A DNA stretch of 63,998 nucleotides, filler included, from Stramenopiles sp. TOSAG23-2 (Eukaryota): assembly GCA_900128395.1 (NCBI GenBank). It is 8 parts of 8 records of this genome, joined end to end, with 100 filler letters (N's around TTAATTAATTAA, not from the genome) between each part and the next. Parts side by side here need not be neighbours in the genome. Positions count along the whole stretch, not along the records: positions 32,171 to 40,088 come from LT650261.1; positions 40,189 to 48,094 come from LT650262.1; 6 more parts are not named here. One strand, written 5' to 3'. A model generated the notes under the pieces. That model did no database searches. It was not told the origin of the DNA and saw nothing but the letters and a program-made list of their open reading frames with translations. Below are positions 34,632-47,300 of the stretch, in pieces; positions within the stretch are counted from its first letter, which is position 1, and every line of letters begins with the position of its first letter. The position numbers and the translations under genes were made by a program.

Positions 34632-36238
34632 TTATGATTTTACAATATAATCAGCAACAATTTGTTTCGTCGTCTTTCGTTGTGGAAACCAAATAGTTCG
34701 ACAGCCTCTACAACATAAACAAAATGTTATAAAACCTTTTAATACACCAACAATTAATCCACAAACTCCAGAACCTTCGTTTACTTCCAAATGCAAATTT
34801 GAAACGGAGACTGATATTACACAAATATCAATATGACTATAATGTTTACAAAAGTCAGTGAATGGCATCCAAAATGTCCCAGGCTCATGAACGATTTTTT
34901 TCCCACGCAATGTATTTGCAACAGAATTCATCCAACTTGGATCTTCCAACGAGGAATATTTGCCCGTCCATTCTCCAGATCCCCATGGATTTCTCAATTT
35001 AATAATACTTTCACCATTGCATGTGGCAGCATCTAAAATAGTATATGCATGTCCGTGAACAATTCCTTGAGATGGTGCATCTTTATCCGTTTTCCCATCA
35101 TGCCTAGAACCAGCTGCAACTAGCATATTTGCTTTTAAGCATTTTTTCAACACAGAAAACATTTTATCTCGCTTTAACGTAGATAAACCATCTCTACCAC
35201 CACTCCATGATTCCCCAGTCTCATCTTCACTTAAATAAACAATAGAATCGTTTCCAGTGAAAGCAGTAAATGCATCAGCACAGAAACCACCTTCCAGTGC
35301 ATGGTAGTTACCAAGCATTTTTGCATATGCTTTTTCAAGCAATAGAACCCATAATTCATTACCGTGTGGATTTGAAAAATATGGCGCCCCATCGCTTCTT
35401 ACTGGAACACGATCATCAATAGTCAATGTTCTCCATCGATGGGAATGTTTATCAAACAAACGCACTTGATAACATGAAAATGCATCCGCTTCTCTTGTTA
35501 AAAATAATGATTTGATTTTATCTGAATTTTCCTCCGCAACACATGCAATAGCTGCTAGTAACCAACAATCACCTAAACTACCTTGACAAATATCACTCGG
35601 TTCAATTTTACCAGCAAATAATCTCATTTTTTCTTTTGAATGTTTCGCATTTCCAGTTTCAATATCTTTTCCTAAATTTCTTGCTCGTTTCCATTTAATA
35701 GTTGTTGCAAAAGGATCGTGGCATTCACACTTGATTTTAAAACAACAACAGCTTAAGTTGCATAAATTTGGTTTTTTTTTAATGATATCAACTTCCCCAA
35801 GAGATGCATCATTTGCAGGAAAGTTACAATCTCTATATCTGCATTTGCACACGTTTAATGCACAGCATATTGTACAAAATATTCTAGAGCAGCAGATCGT
35901 TATACATGGTATAATGTAAATTTTGAAAAAGTGCATCGTAACTAAAAACGGAGTCAATAGTATATCAATAATAGTAAAAAGAAAGCTACAAATGAACCTC
36001 GGACATCCACATACTTTAGGTTCTCCAGTCGTTTCTAACAAGCAAGCTTCAGAGCATACACAACCACAACATGTTATTAATGGATTATCCGCACTATATA
36101 GATTGATCATATAGTAATTTAAAAATAATTAATGTGTTAGTTTGAATAAGTTTATGGATTATTATACTGTAGTTATATATAAACTTACTGTGTCAATTTA
36201 TAATTGCTACTAGCACTAACTTTAGCAGACTTCGACAT
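34632..36238 (-). CDS. Calpain-family cysteine protease (CysPc) with Cys-rich hydrophobic termini; 2 exons
   Basis: Catalytic triad QGSLGDCWLL / HGHAYTI / LRNPWG. Exon 1 is 36238-36189 (MSKSAKV...), the intron 36188-36094 has GTAAGT, ACTAAC and TAG, and exon 2 is 36093-34632 in frame. Confidence 0.9.
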
Positions 36239-36824
36239 GTTTTTAATTTTCCAAATATAAATATTATTTTTTTCGTTCTATATCTATATCTAAAGTATAA
36301 TTACTACAATAAAAACTTCTTCTTTCTTTACATATATTAATATGACCAATATACGAATAAAGATGTCTTTATTTTTCTTGTGATATTGTGAAAATGGGAA
36401 AAGGGAATGTCTATACACCAATATTTGTTTACATTATTATTTTTTTATTGAAAATATTATTAAATAACGGTTGCCGGGTTCGGGGTTGTGAATAATAATT
36501 GTGTAACCATCTTCGATTTTTTCGCGTCAAATGACGACTCATAAATATAAATTATTCTAATTATACTTGAGGGAATAGCTCATCTGATTTCTCACAATAT
36601 CAAATACAAATTATTATTAAGGGAATTTAAAGTGGCTATGAATTTCATCTTTCTTCTTCTCGACGAAATAGCCTTCTCCTTATTTCCTCGTAAATTTAAA
36701 TTCCTAATCTCCATATCTCAATCTCCAATCCAGCAATCCTCCAATCTCCTCAAATTTTATATTTGATAGCAGTACTGTATACTAACAAGTATAAGAAAGG
36801 GAACATCAGTACTTCTTCGTCGTC

Positions 36825-36865
<41 letters not shown>

Positions 36866-36996
36866 TTTTTTGATGAGGAGATAAATTATTGAAATTATTA
36901 ATTAATAAACATTCTAGTATAATCGAAAGTGGTGGAAGGGTGGCAACGAGGGAATAAGAGAAACAAAAATATAGAGAGAGAATCATAGTAAAAAAC

Positions 36997-37339
36997 ATGT
37001 CGAGCTTACTACCATCGCCATCGCATTCGATGACCCTCCCCAAACCGTGGTCGTCCCACGTCTCCCGTTCCACAGGGAAAAAATACATATGGAACTCCGT
37101 TACCAACGAACGTTTATATAATGTGAATGGCTTGGATCCTTGTTGGGGATTTCTATGGGTTGGTCCTGCTGGTAATCAGAAAAAAATGTATAAAAATGTA
37201 ATTACAAACGTTCAAACATATGATTTTCCTAATAATGTTGGTACTTTTGGCAATCAGAAACCTATACAAAGACTTCAACCACAGCCATCATCATCATCAT
37301 CATCATTGAACAACAATAATAATACATTTGGTGCTAGAA

Positions 37340-37376
<37 letters not shown>

Positions 37377-39012
37377 CAATAATAATAATTATCAAAAAGT
37401 AGATCAGAATAAAAACATGCGTGTTGATACAACAACAACAACAACAACAACTAATGTAGGAAAAGCAAAGCCTACAATGGATGCTAAAGCAAATGCCGTG
37501 ATAGAAAACCAATTTCAAATTAAAGTAATATCATTTCCAACTTCAAAACCACACGCCAAAGAATACATGCTCACGTGGTATTACGATTGTCACGAACACG
37601 TGTTAAGAGAAATATTTACCTCTCATCCAGCACGGTGCGTCATTGAAATCGGTTCTTTCTATGGTGGTATGACCAAACAATTGCGTAAATTTGCTCCACA
37701 GGCACAAATTTTTGCAATAGATAAGTTTGATGTCGATTTTTTAGTCAATGAACAATCAGATCAATATTTAGCTTTAGAATTGGAGGCAATGGCGAAATAT
37801 CCAATGTTGGAAACATTTTTAAAAAATGTATGGGAGGGACAAGAACGAATCAATCCAGCGAATGGTTTGGTGGAAGGAATCACCCCAATTCAAGGAGATA
37901 GCATTGAATCCATAAAATTTTTACATTCATGTGGCGTGGTACCAGACGTCATCCTTGTGGATGGAGATCATACGTATGAATACGTATTGGCCACGCTGGA
38001 ATGTATTATTGAATTGTTTGGTGTCCCTGTAATATACCCTGAAAAACAGGACGATGAAGATAGTATTAGTAGTAAGAAAAAAGAGAAAGGTGATGTTATT
38101 TATAGTATTTTTGGATCTGGTTACGAAGAACGACAGGCGGGTGTAAAGCGTGCGGTGTTGGAAATATCAATGAAATATAACATGCCAACCTACATTGATT
38201 CCGAAAGTAGTTGGACATATACGCCTATAAACCGTAGAAATGATCGTCAAGTCAAATGGATTCATGATGTGGAAAATCAGGCGAGATTCAGACAGTTTAA
38301 TAAAGTTTTCCAGATATGTGGTCAAGCAGGGGATAAACTGACCATGTTAAAGTTTATTTTAAGTAAAGGCAATGCTTGTTACACAGTACGTGAATATGTA
38401 AATTATTTTGCTAGAAAAAGTCGTAAAACGTGGTTGATGATAGCCGTTGATAATGGCAACATTAATATAGTAAATAATTTAATAAATTTTTATGGCGCTG
38501 ATGTAAATCAAGCAAATGGGGAACGACTTACTCCTTGGTTGATGATAGCCGTTGATAATGGCAACATTAATATAGTAAATAATTTAATAAATTTTTATGG
38601 CGCTGATGTAAATCAAGCAAATGGGGAACGACTTACTCCTTTACATATAGCAGCATATAAGGGTCATAGAAACATAGCATTATTATTATTGAAAAATGGA
38701 GCAGATCGCTTGATGGAAAACAAATGGGGCGAGAAACCTGCTGAAACGGCACGTGGAAAAGGAAATGAGGAATTAGCTCAATTGATAGAAAAATATAATG
38801 AAGAAGCATGGAAGTATTTTAGTTCAACATTTCATTTGGCGCCAATAATTAAAGAAAAGCAAGAAGAGAAGAAGAAGGATGATGATGATGAGGATGAAGA
38901 GGGACAAGAAGAAGAAGAAGGCAATAGTAATAAAATGAAAAAGAAACAACCATCAATAAAGAAAAAGAAAAAGAAGTCATTGAAACGAAAACATGTTGAT
39001 GCATCACGATGA
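36997..39012 (+). CDS. WW-domain + class I SAM methyltransferase (Methyltransf_24-like) + ankyrin-repeat protein
   Basis: LPKPWSSHVSRSTGKKYIWNSVTN (WW-like), VIEIGSFYGG and DVILVDGDHTYE (methyltransferase), TPLHIAAYKGH (ankyrin), and a basic C-terminal NLS-like tract. Confidence 0.75.
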
Positions 39013-39099
39013 TGTCAAGGAGAGCACACGGGATTTATAGTAGGATGTTGAGAGCAGTTAAAAAAATAAAATTGTTATATAAAGCAAATTTAATGAAAT

Positions 39100-39546
39100 T
39101 CACAATACTTCATTTTTATTCCCAAAAACATTTCGTTTTTTCTTATTGTTACCACCACCACCTCCAAGCATTGGTTGTGCATGAAAATCATCTAGACTTA
39201 CTGTGTTTTGATATAACCGGTGACGAACATCGCCATCGTTATATGCATTTGCACCCTTGTTATTTTTTGAAAGTTTATCTTCATTTATCTTCAATAACCT
39301 TTCCTTACTAACTGGTCTTTTCGCCCAGGGTGATTTTGGCTTATCAATTGGATAATTGCTTATTTTCCTACCACCATTTCCAGAGGAAGATTTAATAACA
39401 TTTCCTTCTTCATCTAACATGCCATTTGAATAATATAATGGTACTGGTGCAAGATTGTGTAATTTGCTTTCACGAGAAGTAACTGGTTTATTGACTGGGG
39501 ACGATGGTGGCGAGACACCAGCCATACTACTTCCAGCCGTAGTCAA
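39100..39546 (-). CDS. Hypothetical protein or terminal exon
   Basis: 148-aa ORF with host-like composition. Its 5' end is obscured by the 131-bp duplication at 39519..39780. Confidence 0.45.
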   Translation of the reverse strand: MTTAGSSMAGVSPPSSPVNKPVTSRESKLHNLAPVPLYYSNGMLDEEGNVIKSSSGNGGRKISNYPIDKPKSPWAKRPVSKERLLKINEDKLSKNNKGANAYNDGDVRHRLYQNTVSLDDFHAQPMLGGGGGNNKKKRNVFGNKNEVL

Positions 39547-40088
39547 TGCACCTCTTGATATAGAATATTGATTGTCGTATCATATATATCATATAAAAAA
39601 TATTTATAATTTACGCGCATAATTTATTGTTTTAATTTACTCATGATAACAGCCATACTACTTCCAGCCGTAGTCAATGCACCTCTTGATATAGAATATT
39701 GATTGTCGTATCATATATATCATATAAAAAATATTTATAATTTACGCGCATAATTTATTGTTTTAATTTACTCATGATAATTCCTACTCTTCAAAAGAAT
39801 ACAATAACTGAAATAATCTATCTCACACTAGTGTGTTGATATTCCCACATAATATTATTATATTTTTACGAAATATTTTAATATTATTTTATTAATATAT
39901 CAATTTTTATAAAATCATATATATATATATCATATATTCATTTATTACCATCATTATATTAATTTTTTATATACTTCCGTATTTGGCAGCCAAAAAGATC
40001 AGACCAGCCATTTTTTACTGTTTTATTGATAGGGAAATAGCATTACGTAAATTTGTTTCCCAATAAAATTCCTTAAAATAATTAAAAT

Positions 40089-40188
40089 NNNNNNNNNNNN
40101 NNNNNNNNNNNNNNNNNNNNNNNNNNNNNNNNTTAATTAATTAANNNNNNNNNNNNNNNNNNNNNNNNNNNNNNNNNNNNNNNNNNNN
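40089..40188. other. Artificial contig spacer
   Basis: N44-TTAATTAATTAA-N44. Confidence 0.97.
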
Positions 40189-40351
40189 TTTTTCCCCTTC
40201 TTTTTCCTTTTCTTCTTTTTCTTCCTTAATTTGACTGTACACATAATACCAAACTCACCGGTGGGTCATATGTCATATGACAAATAATTTAACCATCCTT
40301 AATTTAAAATGTAAAAAAAATACACGACTTCATACTTCATAAATATGAATA

Positions 40352-43300
40352 TCAGTTTTTTGTAACACGAAATCCAGAACCTCTAAGTATAGATATTAAA
40401 TTCTTCTTCCTATATTCTTGTAATGAAGGATAAGTAAAATCATCCATTTTCTTTTTACAGCATTGAATAATATTTAAAATATTTTGGTTTGTCAAAGAAA
40501 AGATTCTTGAAAGTTCTTTCACCGCATATTTTCTTCTTAATTCAAATGATTGATAATGATCGTAATTTTCATCAATGCAAGGGTGGTTCCAAGTGTACGA
40601 TGTGTCAATTAAATCATTTAAACGCATGGATCTCGAGACGAAAATAAAAGGAATCCTATTTTGTACGAAAAAGTTTACTGTAGATATTTCAACTAAATTA
40701 TTCGCTGTTTCATTTATATAAATACCAATCAAAAATGCTGGAAGTTCTTCAAGATTAAGACTTTGCTTAATAATTCTGCCAGAATCACTTTCTCGCATGA
40801 CCATTTTAAAAATAAAGTTATTCATCATATTTCTTTCCAATAGTATATATTTATCTACACTATTTAATAAATGCGACAAATCATCTGACTTATGGGTTAG
40901 TGCAATGATAAGTATTGGGTCTGAATTTACTACTTCTTCCTGTTTAGCTAAACTTTTTTTTTCATAATTGGTCGTTATTTGAAAAAAATGAAAGGGAAAA
41001 TTAACAATATTTTTGCACCTATTTATTCCTCCAAGACTAATATATTGTACTTGTGAACTTGCAACTTTCAATAAAAACAGATGATAATCAATATTCTTTT
41101 TCAGATTTTCATTGCATATAAAATGATCCATATTAAAAAATGAAACGACGGATGCGTTCCCTCTCCTTACAATAAATTCGTTTAATTTTTTTCTTAAATA
41201 TAGAATTACACGAACGTTGCCATTTGGCTCTTTTTGTATGTTATATATATGTAATTCATACAATATATCAAACGGTAAATGGACCAACATCAAAACATTA
41301 CTTATACCAAATGTATTTGTGTACTTTGTTTTTAACATTAATTCCAATCGTTTACAATCTTTACCGTAGCATACTATACCATTCGTTTTATTTTCATCTC
41401 CAAAGTTATAAACATTGTTTAAATTTACAGTCTCAATTATCTCCCACTTTTGCTTAGTGTTGGGTAAGTTACAAGGTTCCAGATATAGCCCATCTTTATT
41501 ACCAGACATGCATTTTTCTTTTCCAAATTTCAGAAACATGAAAGAGGCAACAACTTCGATTGAAAACATCGTATGACTAAAACGATCGCATGAGGATATG
41601 TACAAAATATCGTTGTTATAAATGTTCTTGCGCGCACCTAAGCATTGTTTTGTAAGTACATTTTGCAATTGCGCATCTAACGAATCCCCAATACTTAAAA
41701 GTTTCCATAATTGATCTTCCCAGTCTGGATTACAATTAGATACACCAATACCATCATGGGCAACATCATGAAAAAAACACAAATTATCATTGTTTGACCA
41801 AATGTTGCGCAATAGGTTTTGCTTCTGAATGTCCTTTCTATTCAACATATTTACAATAGCGTTTTGACGGATTAAGCTGGAAAAATAACCAAAATGACTA
41901 TAGGAAAAGTATCTATTTTTTATTTCGTTGTTTAAAATGCTCTTTTCACGGAAAACGGTTTGATCGCCCGATAATGCATCTTTCATTTGCCCTGAAACAT
42001 CTATTCCTGAAAATTTATTAATAACAAATAGATTCCTACTACGAAATACAAGGGATACAACCGGTGGACCAATATAAATGGTAATGGATCGAAGCTTTAA
42101 TGCCAATTGCACGAAATGCAGTAACTCCCCGAATGTTTTATTTTCATCTTCTTCTATAATGATTGTCTTAAATTGTTGACATAACAAAATGAACGACTCG
42201 ACATAGGTACTCGCATTTACTTTTCTATGTATAATTTTGCGATTAGGATGAGATTGTGCAACCAGCCTAATTGTTGCTTGAAGATTAAATTTACCCTTCG
42301 ATGTATCTAATAGATACAGAATATCGTTAGATTGAGATGAAACATCGTTTTGCTTAAATGTTTTCCATTCTACCTCTAGCATTCTATTCCAATGAATATG
42401 AAACACATTAGGTAAGTATATATGTTTTGTGAAGCTTTCAAAATTAAACAATTTATCAGTACATTGTGTAATTACAACTCCAAATGGAGAAACTTCATTT
42501 GTACCGGTGTCTCTTATCCCACACTGTGTTAAATAGTGGTATACAACAAGCCCGGAAAAGTTTGTATATCTTTTTTCTTCACAGGCATGTAATACGCTTG
42601 AGAAGTGAATATTACTGAATGCATTATCGTTTTGTTTGCAGGATATGACAGAAATATCTTTCCCCCAAATTGTCCTTACGGTTGTTAACAGCCTCTTGAC
42701 ACACTCTTTGCAAATAAATACCTCGGCCATTTTCATCAATCTTGCATTTTCATTTACTTCGTATTTATGGCTTTGTAGCTTGGGAATTTTATGATACAAT
42801 TTCAATTTTGATTTTGCTATTTCGCAACTAGCATATGAATAAACTTTGCTGCTATAGCTGGCACACATTGAACACCTCACAGGCAAATTAACATTTCTAT
42901 TCTTATAGATCCTATTCTCTTCCATGTAGTCAAAAGATTGGTTAAGAATATTTACTTTTTGAAAAATCGCAACCTTTTTAGCGGTATGCAAGGCAATGCT
43001 TGCAATAAAATTTGCGGAAAGGTCTTTACTCTTAATTTTGTTTATCAAGGCATATTGTCCGATTTCCCATAAAAGATTTGTATCAATTCCATAAAAAGCT
43101 GGTGTAAATGCCTTCGCATGCATGGTTTCTAGTTGACAAATACTTTCTCCAATATTGTTGAGGGAAGGTTTATCTTCGATGCAACTCAACGGGTCACCCA
43201 AAATGCCATCTCTTAAACATGGCACAACAATATCGACATTGTATTTTGGCAAAACATATGCCATATCGTCCACTGATCCACCGTTTTCTAATGAAATATA

Positions 43301-43906
43301 TTGACTGCTATCAACAAAGAATACACAATTATAATCCTCATTAATTTTAGAATACCATTTCCGTTTCCCTTGATTCCTAAAGTAATAATATGCCTCAATA
43401 ATGCCAAGACCTGAACAATGGTTACATTCAATAACACGCACGTTTTGTCGTTGGTAAAGATATGATTCTGTTTCGAAAGATTTTGTATGCGCAAATACAA
43501 AATCAATATGCTCATAATCTTTCATAATTAATTTTTTAAACCAAGTAGATTTCACAGCATTGTCATTGAATGCCTTTACAATAAAAAGAATTTTACCGTG
43601 CTTATTAGCTTTTGTAAGCACGCGTTGTGGCAAAAATGGAGACATCGACAATTCCATATAGACATCTTCAATTTTGTTCCGAAGGAAGAAATTATCAAGA
43701 TGCTTATTGTAAAGGTAAATGTTTATAGATAGTAGACATAAAGACAATGAAAAAAGAACCACAATGCCGTAAAATACAACTGAAGTTGACGGTAGATTCT
43801 TTTTCTTTCTTAGTTGTTTTATGCACCGTTCATTACAATATCTAGGGCATTTTACATATTTGACAGCGTTGGAGGGTATTATCGATATAAACATGTTGAT
43901 TCTCAT
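40352..43906 (-). CDS. Multi-domain glycosyltransferase-like type II membrane protein with a ricin-B lectin domain (mirror copy)
   Basis: The protein is identical to 44377..47931. Confidence 0.55.
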   Translation of the reverse strand: MRINMFISIIPSNAVKYVKCPRYCNERCIKQLRKKKNLPSTSVVFYGIVVLFSLSLCLLSINIYLYNKHLDNFFLRNKIEDVYMELSMSPFLPQRVLTKANKHGKILFIVKAFNDNAVKSTWFKKLIMKDYEHIDFVFAHTKSFETESYLYQRQNVRVIECNHCSGLGIIEAYYYFRNQGKRKWYSKINEDYNCVFFVDSSQYISLENGGSVDDMAYVLPKYNVDIVVPCLRDGILGDPLSCIEDKPSLNNIGESICQLETMHAKAFTPAFYGIDTNLLWEIGQYALINKIKSKDLSANFIASIALHTAKKVAIFQKVNILNQSFDYMEENRIYKNRNVNLPVRCSMCASYSSKVYSYASCEIAKSKLKLYHKIPKLQSHKYEVNENARLMKMAEVFICKECVKRLLTTVRTIWGKDISVISCKQNDNAFSNIHFSSVLHACEEKRYTNFSGLVVYHYLTQCGIRDTGTNEVSPFGVVITQCTDKLFNFESFTKHIYLPNVFHIHWNRMLEVEWKTFKQNDVSSQSNDILYLLDTSKGKFNLQATIRLVAQSHPNRKIIHRKVNASTYVESFILLCQQFKTIIIEEDENKTFGELLHFVQLALKLRSITIYIGPPVVSLVFRSRNLFVINKFSGIDVSGQMKDALSGDQTVFREKSILNNEIKNRYFSYSHFGYFSSLIRQNAIVNMLNRKDIQKQNLLRNIWSNNDNLCFFHDVAHDGIGVSNCNPDWEDQLWKLLSIGDSLDAQLQNVLTKQCLGARKNIYNNDILYISSCDRFSHTMFSIEVVASFMFLKFGKEKCMSGNKDGLYLEPCNLPNTKQKWEIIETVNLNNVYNFGDENKTNGIVCYGKDCKRLELMLKTKYTNTFGISNVLMLVHLPFDILYELHIYNIQKEPNGNVRVILYLRKKLNEFIVRRGNASVVSFFNMDHFICNENLKKNIDYHLFLLKVASSQVQYISLGGINRCKNIVNFPFHFFQITTNYEKKSLAKQEEVVNSDPILIIALTHKSDDLSHLLNSVDKYILLERNMMNNFIFKMVMRESDSGRIIKQSLNLEELPAFLIGIYINETANNLVEISTVNFFVQNRIPFIFVSRSMRLNDLIDTSYTWNHPCIDENYDHYQSFELRRKYAVKELSRIFSLTNQNILNIIQCCKKKMDDFTYPSLQEYRKKNLISILRGSGFRVTKN

Positions 43907-44376
43907 AAAGCTTTGAATGGTTGGATGGCAATAAATGCTTTAGCAGATGCTAATTTAGATACTTTGTTGCTGTTAGTGGTTATGTTTGACGTTGTTGATC
44001 TTAGATTATATATTGTTGCTATTATTAGATTTATTATTATTGTGCCTATATTGTCAATGCTATTTGCCTTACATCCTATTGATGTACCTGCTATTTTCAC
44101 CTTACAACGATATTCAATGGTGTGTTCAAATTTGGTGCATATATGCACCAAATTTGAACACACCATTGAATATCGTTGTAAGGTGAAAATAGCAGGTACA
44201 TCAATAGGATGTAAGGCAAATAGCATTGACAATATAGGCACAATAATAATAAATCTAATAATAGCAACAATATATAATCTAAGATCAACAACGTCAAACA
44301 TAACCACTAACAGCAACAAAGTATCTAAATTAGCATCTGCTAAAGCATTTATTGCCATCCAACCATTCAAAGCTTT

Positions 44377-47300
44377 ATGAGAATCAACATGTTTATATCG
44401 ATAATACCCTCCAACGCTGTCAAATATGTAAAATGCCCTAGATATTGTAATGAACGGTGCATAAAACAACTAAGAAAGAAAAAGAATCTACCGTCAACTT
44501 CAGTTGTATTTTACGGCATTGTGGTTCTTTTTTCATTGTCTTTATGTCTACTATCTATAAACATTTACCTTTACAATAAGCATCTTGATAATTTCTTCCT
44601 TCGGAACAAAATTGAAGATGTCTATATGGAATTGTCGATGTCTCCATTTTTGCCACAACGCGTGCTTACAAAAGCTAATAAGCACGGTAAAATTCTTTTT
44701 ATTGTAAAGGCATTCAATGACAATGCTGTGAAATCTACTTGGTTTAAAAAATTAATTATGAAAGATTATGAGCATATTGATTTTGTATTTGCGCATACAA
44801 AATCTTTCGAAACAGAATCATATCTTTACCAACGACAAAACGTGCGTGTTATTGAATGTAACCATTGTTCAGGTCTTGGCATTATTGAGGCATATTATTA
44901 CTTTAGGAATCAAGGGAAACGGAAATGGTATTCTAAAATTAATGAGGATTATAATTGTGTATTCTTTGTTGATAGCAGTCAATATATTTCATTAGAAAAC
45001 GGTGGATCAGTGGACGATATGGCATATGTTTTGCCAAAATACAATGTCGATATTGTTGTGCCATGTTTAAGAGATGGCATTTTGGGTGACCCGTTGAGTT
45101 GCATCGAAGATAAACCTTCCCTCAACAATATTGGAGAAAGTATTTGTCAACTAGAAACCATGCATGCGAAGGCATTTACACCAGCTTTTTATGGAATTGA
45201 TACAAATCTTTTATGGGAAATCGGACAATATGCCTTGATAAACAAAATTAAGAGTAAAGACCTTTCCGCAAATTTTATTGCAAGCATTGCCTTGCATACC
45301 GCTAAAAAGGTTGCGATTTTTCAAAAAGTAAATATTCTTAACCAATCTTTTGACTACATGGAAGAGAATAGGATCTATAAGAATAGAAATGTTAATTTGC
45401 CTGTGAGGTGTTCAATGTGTGCCAGCTATAGCAGCAAAGTTTATTCATATGCTAGTTGCGAAATAGCAAAATCAAAATTGAAATTGTATCATAAAATTCC
45501 CAAGCTACAAAGCCATAAATACGAAGTAAATGAAAATGCAAGATTGATGAAAATGGCCGAGGTATTTATTTGCAAAGAGTGTGTCAAGAGGCTGTTAACA
45601 ACCGTAAGGACAATTTGGGGGAAAGATATTTCTGTCATATCCTGCAAACAAAACGATAATGCATTCAGTAATATTCACTTCTCAAGCGTATTACATGCCT
45701 GTGAAGAAAAAAGATATACAAACTTTTCCGGGCTTGTTGTATACCACTATTTAACACAGTGTGGGATAAGAGACACCGGTACAAATGAAGTTTCTCCATT
45801 TGGAGTTGTAATTACACAATGTACTGATAAATTGTTTAATTTTGAAAGCTTCACAAAACATATATACTTACCTAATGTGTTTCATATTCATTGGAATAGA
45901 ATGCTAGAGGTAGAATGGAAAACATTTAAGCAAAACGATGTTTCATCTCAATCTAACGATATTCTGTATCTATTAGATACATCGAAGGGTAAATTTAATC
46001 TTCAAGCAACAATTAGGCTGGTTGCACAATCTCATCCTAATCGCAAAATTATACATAGAAAAGTAAATGCGAGTACCTATGTCGAGTCGTTCATTTTGTT
46101 ATGTCAACAATTTAAGACAATCATTATAGAAGAAGATGAAAATAAAACATTCGGGGAGTTACTGCATTTCGTGCAATTGGCATTAAAGCTTCGATCCATT
46201 ACCATTTATATTGGTCCACCGGTTGTATCCCTTGTATTTCGTAGTAGGAATCTATTTGTTATTAATAAATTTTCAGGAATAGATGTTTCAGGGCAAATGA
46301 AAGATGCATTATCGGGCGATCAAACCGTTTTCCGTGAAAAGAGCATTTTAAACAACGAAATAAAAAATAGATACTTTTCCTATAGTCATTTTGGTTATTT
46401 TTCCAGCTTAATCCGTCAAAACGCTATTGTAAATATGTTGAATAGAAAGGACATTCAGAAGCAAAACCTATTGCGCAACATTTGGTCAAACAATGATAAT
46501 TTGTGTTTTTTTCATGATGTTGCCCATGATGGTATTGGTGTATCTAATTGTAATCCAGACTGGGAAGATCAATTATGGAAACTTTTAAGTATTGGGGATT
46601 CGTTAGATGCGCAATTGCAAAATGTACTTACAAAACAATGCTTAGGTGCGCGCAAGAACATTTATAACAACGATATTTTGTACATATCCTCATGCGATCG
46701 TTTTAGTCATACGATGTTTTCAATCGAAGTTGTTGCCTCTTTCATGTTTCTGAAATTTGGAAAAGAAAAATGCATGTCTGGTAATAAAGATGGGCTATAT
46801 CTGGAACCTTGTAACTTACCCAACACTAAGCAAAAGTGGGAGATAATTGAGACTGTAAATTTAAACAATGTTTATAACTTTGGAGATGAAAATAAAACGA
46901 ATGGTATAGTATGCTACGGTAAAGATTGTAAACGATTGGAATTAATGTTAAAAACAAAGTACACAAATACATTTGGTATAAGTAATGTTTTGATGTTGGT
47001 CCATTTACCGTTTGATATATTGTATGAATTACATATATATAACATACAAAAAGAGCCAAATGGCAACGTTCGTGTAATTCTATATTTAAGAAAAAAATTA
47101 AACGAATTTATTGTAAGGAGAGGGAACGCATCCGTCGTTTCATTTTTTAATATGGATCATTTTATATGCAATGAAAATCTGAAAAAGAATATTGATTATC
47201 ATCTGTTTTTATTGAAAGTTGCAAGTTCACAAGTACAATATATTAGTCTTGGAGGAATAAATAGGTGCAAAAATATTGTTAATTTTCCCTTTCATTTTTT

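Noticed and set aside
43814-44469. Two identical 188-aa ORFs on opposite strands
   Set aside because: They are a by-product of the palindrome centre. At most one half could be a truncated real gene.
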